Source of the DNA: a virus
Lineage: Duplodnaviria; Heunggongvirae; Uroviricota; Caudoviricetes
Direction: 5' to 3' (one strand)
Virus record (IMG/VR): IMGVR_UViG_2734482772_000013
Span: 1 to 8,447 of that record
Length of the DNA: 8,447 nt
Below the pieces are notes generated by a model. It saw only the letters and a program-made list of their open reading frames with translations, made no database searches and had not been told where the DNA came from. Of this stretch, positions 6,622-8,447 are shown piece by piece (the first letter of the stretch is position 1; each line of letters starts with the position of its first letter). Both the position numbers and the translations under genes were made by a program.

Positions 6622-6670
6622 TCATGGAGCGCTGGGGGCATGGTGGTCTTGTAACGCTGGGGTTTCACGA

Positions 6671-7648
6671 ATGAGCATAAAATCAATTCCTGGAGGGTAT
6701 CTTCTTGACATGCGCCCAGAGGGGCGTAAAGGCAAACGCATTCGCAAAAAATTTAAAACGAAATCGGATGCAGTTTTATATGAGCGGTGGGTGCTGGCGC
6801 AACAGCATAACAATGAGTGGAAAGGAAACTCCATTGATCGCCGCCCGCTGTCAGTGCTTATTGACTTGTGGTGGAAATACCACGGCCAGCTAATGAAGTC
6901 AGGGCATAACACGCGCCTTAAATTGCTGCGCTTGAGTGAGGCAATGGATGACCCGTGCGTGCATAAACTTAATACAACGATGCTCACCGAGCTACGTGTG
7001 TCCAGGATAGAGCAGGGGATACAGCCCAGCACCATAAATCGAGAGATTGGGGCGTTAAGCGCGATGTTTAGTGCGCTCATCTCTTCCGGCCATTTCCTTA
7101 ACGATAACCCCATTCAAGGTCTGAAAGGAATGAAGGTTAACGAGCGCGAAATGGGATATCTGAGTAAGTCTGAATGTGTTCAGTTGCTGGATGCACTGGC
7201 TGAAAATCCCGATGAGCGGCTGGCTGTCGAAATTCTTTTGTCGACCGGGGCACGATGGGGCGAGGTAGCGGCACTGGAGCAGCGCCGCGTTCTTCATTGT
7301 CGAATCATTTTTTCAAAAACGAAGAACAGCAAAAACCGTACCGTTCCTATTTCTGAAAGCCTGTTTGAAAAGATCAAAAAACGGGGCGGGAAACTGGTGT
7401 TTCCGACGCTGGATTATCCATTGGTTCGCGATGTCATCAAAACGGTCGCACCTGATGTTCCTGACGGCCAGGCTGTTCATGCGCTGCGCCACACCTTCGC
7501 CAGTCATTTCATGATGAACGGCGGCAATATTCTGACACTCCAGAAAATTCTGGGGCACGCAAAGATTCAGACAACGATGATTTATGCCCATCTTGCGCCG
7601 GATTACTTGCAGGATGCGGTGAGATTTAATCCACTAGGAGGTGCTTAA
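6671..7648 (+). CDS. int: Tyrosine site-specific integrase (P2/186 family), 325 aa
   Basis: C-terminal catalytic motifs (TGARWGE; HALRHTFASHFMMNGG; LQKILGH; MIYAH with the catalytic Tyr). N-terminus MSIKS...GRKGKRIRKKF resembles P2-family Int as I recall it. The 50 aa upstream in the 6521 ORF are not integrase-like and overlap the repressor gene, so start is placed at 6671. Confidence 0.95.
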   Translation: MSIKSIPGGYLLDMRPEGRKGKRIRKKFKTKSDAVLYERWVLAQQHNNEWKGNSIDRRPLSVLIDLWWKYHGQLMKSGHNTRLKLLRLSEAMDDPCVHKLNTTMLTELRVSRIEQGIQPSTINREIGALSAMFSALISSGHFLNDNPIQGLKGMKVNEREMGYLSKSECVQLLDALAENPDERLAVEILLSTGARWGEVAALEQRRVLHCRIIFSKTKNSKNRTVPISESLFEKIKKRGGKLVFPTLDYPLVRDVIKTVAPDVPDGQAVHALRHTFASHFMMNGGNILTLQKILGHAKIQTTMIYAHLAPDYLQDAVRFNPLGGA

Positions 7649-7650
7649 GA

Positions 7651-8013
7651 ATGATGCATCCTTTAGATAAACTTAAAGAAATGGCAACGCTCGATAATTT
7701 TGCGCGTTTTCTCAATGAGTCGTCTGCGAATGAAAAATGTTTGTCGTGTGGCGATACGGATATGTACATGTATTTGACGAATATTGTTGAGGTGGGGCCT
7801 GAGCCGAAAACTGCTGAGGAGTGTAATTTAGGCACTCTTGTTATGCTTGATTATATTGGCCCATTTACTGGGTATCCTGGATATGAGGGACATGATCGGG
7901 AAAATATCCATAACTATGAATTCAGACTTACCTGCAACAGATGTGGGTTTGTTCATCGTTACTCGGCCCGAGCTTTTATGAGCTGGGTAGGTAAGCAGGG
8001 TGATGACAAATGA
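7651..8013 (+). CDS. Hypothetical protein with two CxxC pairs (putative zinc-ribbon), 120 aa; cargo gene coupled to int
   Basis: Strong SD (AGGAGGTG) 7 nt upstream of ATG, which lies 2 nt after the int stop; Cys pairs CLSC and CNRC about 62 residues apart; no family recognised. Confidence 0.65.
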   Translation: MMHPLDKLKEMATLDNFARFLNESSANEKCLSCGDTDMYMYLTNIVEVGPEPKTAEECNLGTLVMLDYIGPFTGYPGYEGHDRENIHNYEFRLTCNRCGFVHRYSARAFMSWVGKQGDDK

Positions 8014-8447
8014 TGCCGGACAGCACTCCTATTTTACCGTTCAGAAAAAAGAAAGAGAATGCCTATAATGTATCCAACAACCAAGTGACAGGAAGTGGTA
8101 ATGATGGAGGCGATGGCATGAATGACGACCTTGAACGGCGAGTTAGTTGCCTGGAAAGTGATGTAACTGAAATCAAAAACAACCTGATTACTCTCACCAC
8201 GAGAAGCGAATCCTTTGCCACCAAATTTGATGTACTGGAGATTCGTGAAGGGTTGCGGCTTGAGATGGCAGAATCGCGCCAATCCCTGAAGTCTGAGATG
8301 GCTGATTTGCGCCAGTCTCTGAAAGTTGAGATGGCTGAGCATCGTACTGAACTTCAGAAATCATTTGCAAATCAGACCTGGCTACTCACAGGTATTGTCC
8401 TGTCTGCGATGGCTGTGCTTGTGGCTGTTGTTACTGTTATTAAGTAA
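8010..8447 (+). CDS. Coiled-coil, C-terminally membrane-anchored protein (XhlA/DUF1640-like architecture), 145 aa; possible alternative start at 8118 (109 aa)
   Basis: ATG overlaps the upstream stop (ATGA); C-terminal hydrophobic helix WLLTGIVLSAMAVLVAVVTVIK; central tandem 11-residue repeats; the first 36 residues are low-complexity and an in-frame ATG at 8118 has a GGAGG SD 7 nt upstream. Confidence 0.7.
   Translation: MMPDSTPILPFRKKKENAYNVSNNQVTGSGNDGGDGMNDDLERRVSCLESDVTEIKNNLITLTTRSESFATKFDVLEIREGLRLEMAESRQSLKSEMADLRQSLKVEMAEHRTELQKSFANQTWLLTGIVLSAMAVLVAVVTVIK
8262..8360 (+). repeat. Three tandem 33-bp repeats inside the 8010..8447 CDS encoding hendecad repeats EMAESRQSLKS / EMADLRQSLKV / EMAEHRTELQK
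   Basis: Direct reading: repeat units start at 8262, 8295 and 8328, each beginning gagatggc. Confidence 0.8.

Larger units (their letters stand above)
1..8447. mobile_element. Segment of a P2-family temperate prophage (immunity switch, integrase, early operon, replication initiator); prophage ends not in window
   Basis: Gene order and orientation match P2: C-type repressor then int on one strand, divergent cox-like early operon ending in an HUH rolling-circle initiator. No att site or host flank could be identified. Confidence 0.75.

Noticed and set aside
6521-6670. Upstream extension of the integrase ORF to ATG at 6521 (375-aa version)
   Set aside because: The extra 50 residues overlap the repressor gene in another frame and are not integrase-like; the MSIKS... 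start at 6671 matches the N-terminus of P2-family integrases as I recall them.
6622-7591. Minus-strand ORFs inside int (6622..7113, 7055..7297, 7313..7591) and plus-strand 6705..6893
   Set aside because: Antisense to or out of frame with a high-confidence integrase gene.
7626-8342. Minus-strand ORFs 7626..7835 and 8034..8342
   Set aside because: Antisense to the two coupled plus-strand cargo genes; no SD.
1-8447. CRISPR array, IS element or transposase, toxin-antitoxin pair of a known family, LexA box
   Set aside because: No regularly spaced direct repeats, no terminal inverted repeats or transposase-like ORF, and no CTGT-N8-ACAG LexA motif seen in the intergenic regions; the small coupled gene pairs do not match TA families I recognise.

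Overview
The window looks like the immunity and early-replication region of a P2-family temperate prophage, from Enterobacterales by sequence style. From left to right: (1) 1..2013 on the minus strand is the N-terminal ~671 codons of a rolling-circle replication initiator (P2 gene A type); I translated it by hand and found an HUH motif (TVHWHMMVF) and a Y-x3-Y-x2-K motif (YIATYIGK); its 3' end runs off the window. (2) Two small minus-strand ORFs lie upstream of A (2020..2385, 2458..2688). (3) 2689..3057 is a ~370-bp non-coding stretch with several hairpin plus T-run elements. (4) 3058..6218 is a tightly packed, largely translationally coupled minus-strand operon: Cox-like first gene, several small ORFans, a winged-helix protein, a 37-aa hydrophobic peptide not in the ORF track, and at the 3' end a small two-helix membrane protein plus an SPFH/band-7 lipoprotein. 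(5) 6219..6309 is the divergent switch region with a 14-bp direct repeat. (6) On the plus strand, a P2 C-type XRE repressor (6310..6621) and a tyrosine integrase (6671..7648) are followed, with tight coupling, by two cargo genes: a CxxC...CxxC protein (7651..8013) and a coiled-coil tail-anchored membrane protein with three 33-bp tandem repeats (8010..8447). No tRNA, rRNA, CRISPR array or IS element was recognised. The two candidates for an undescribed system are the lysogenic-operon cargo pair downstream of int and the SPFH lipoprotein cassette at the end of the early operon. All functional calls are from reading the sequence and from memory of protein families; no database search was run.
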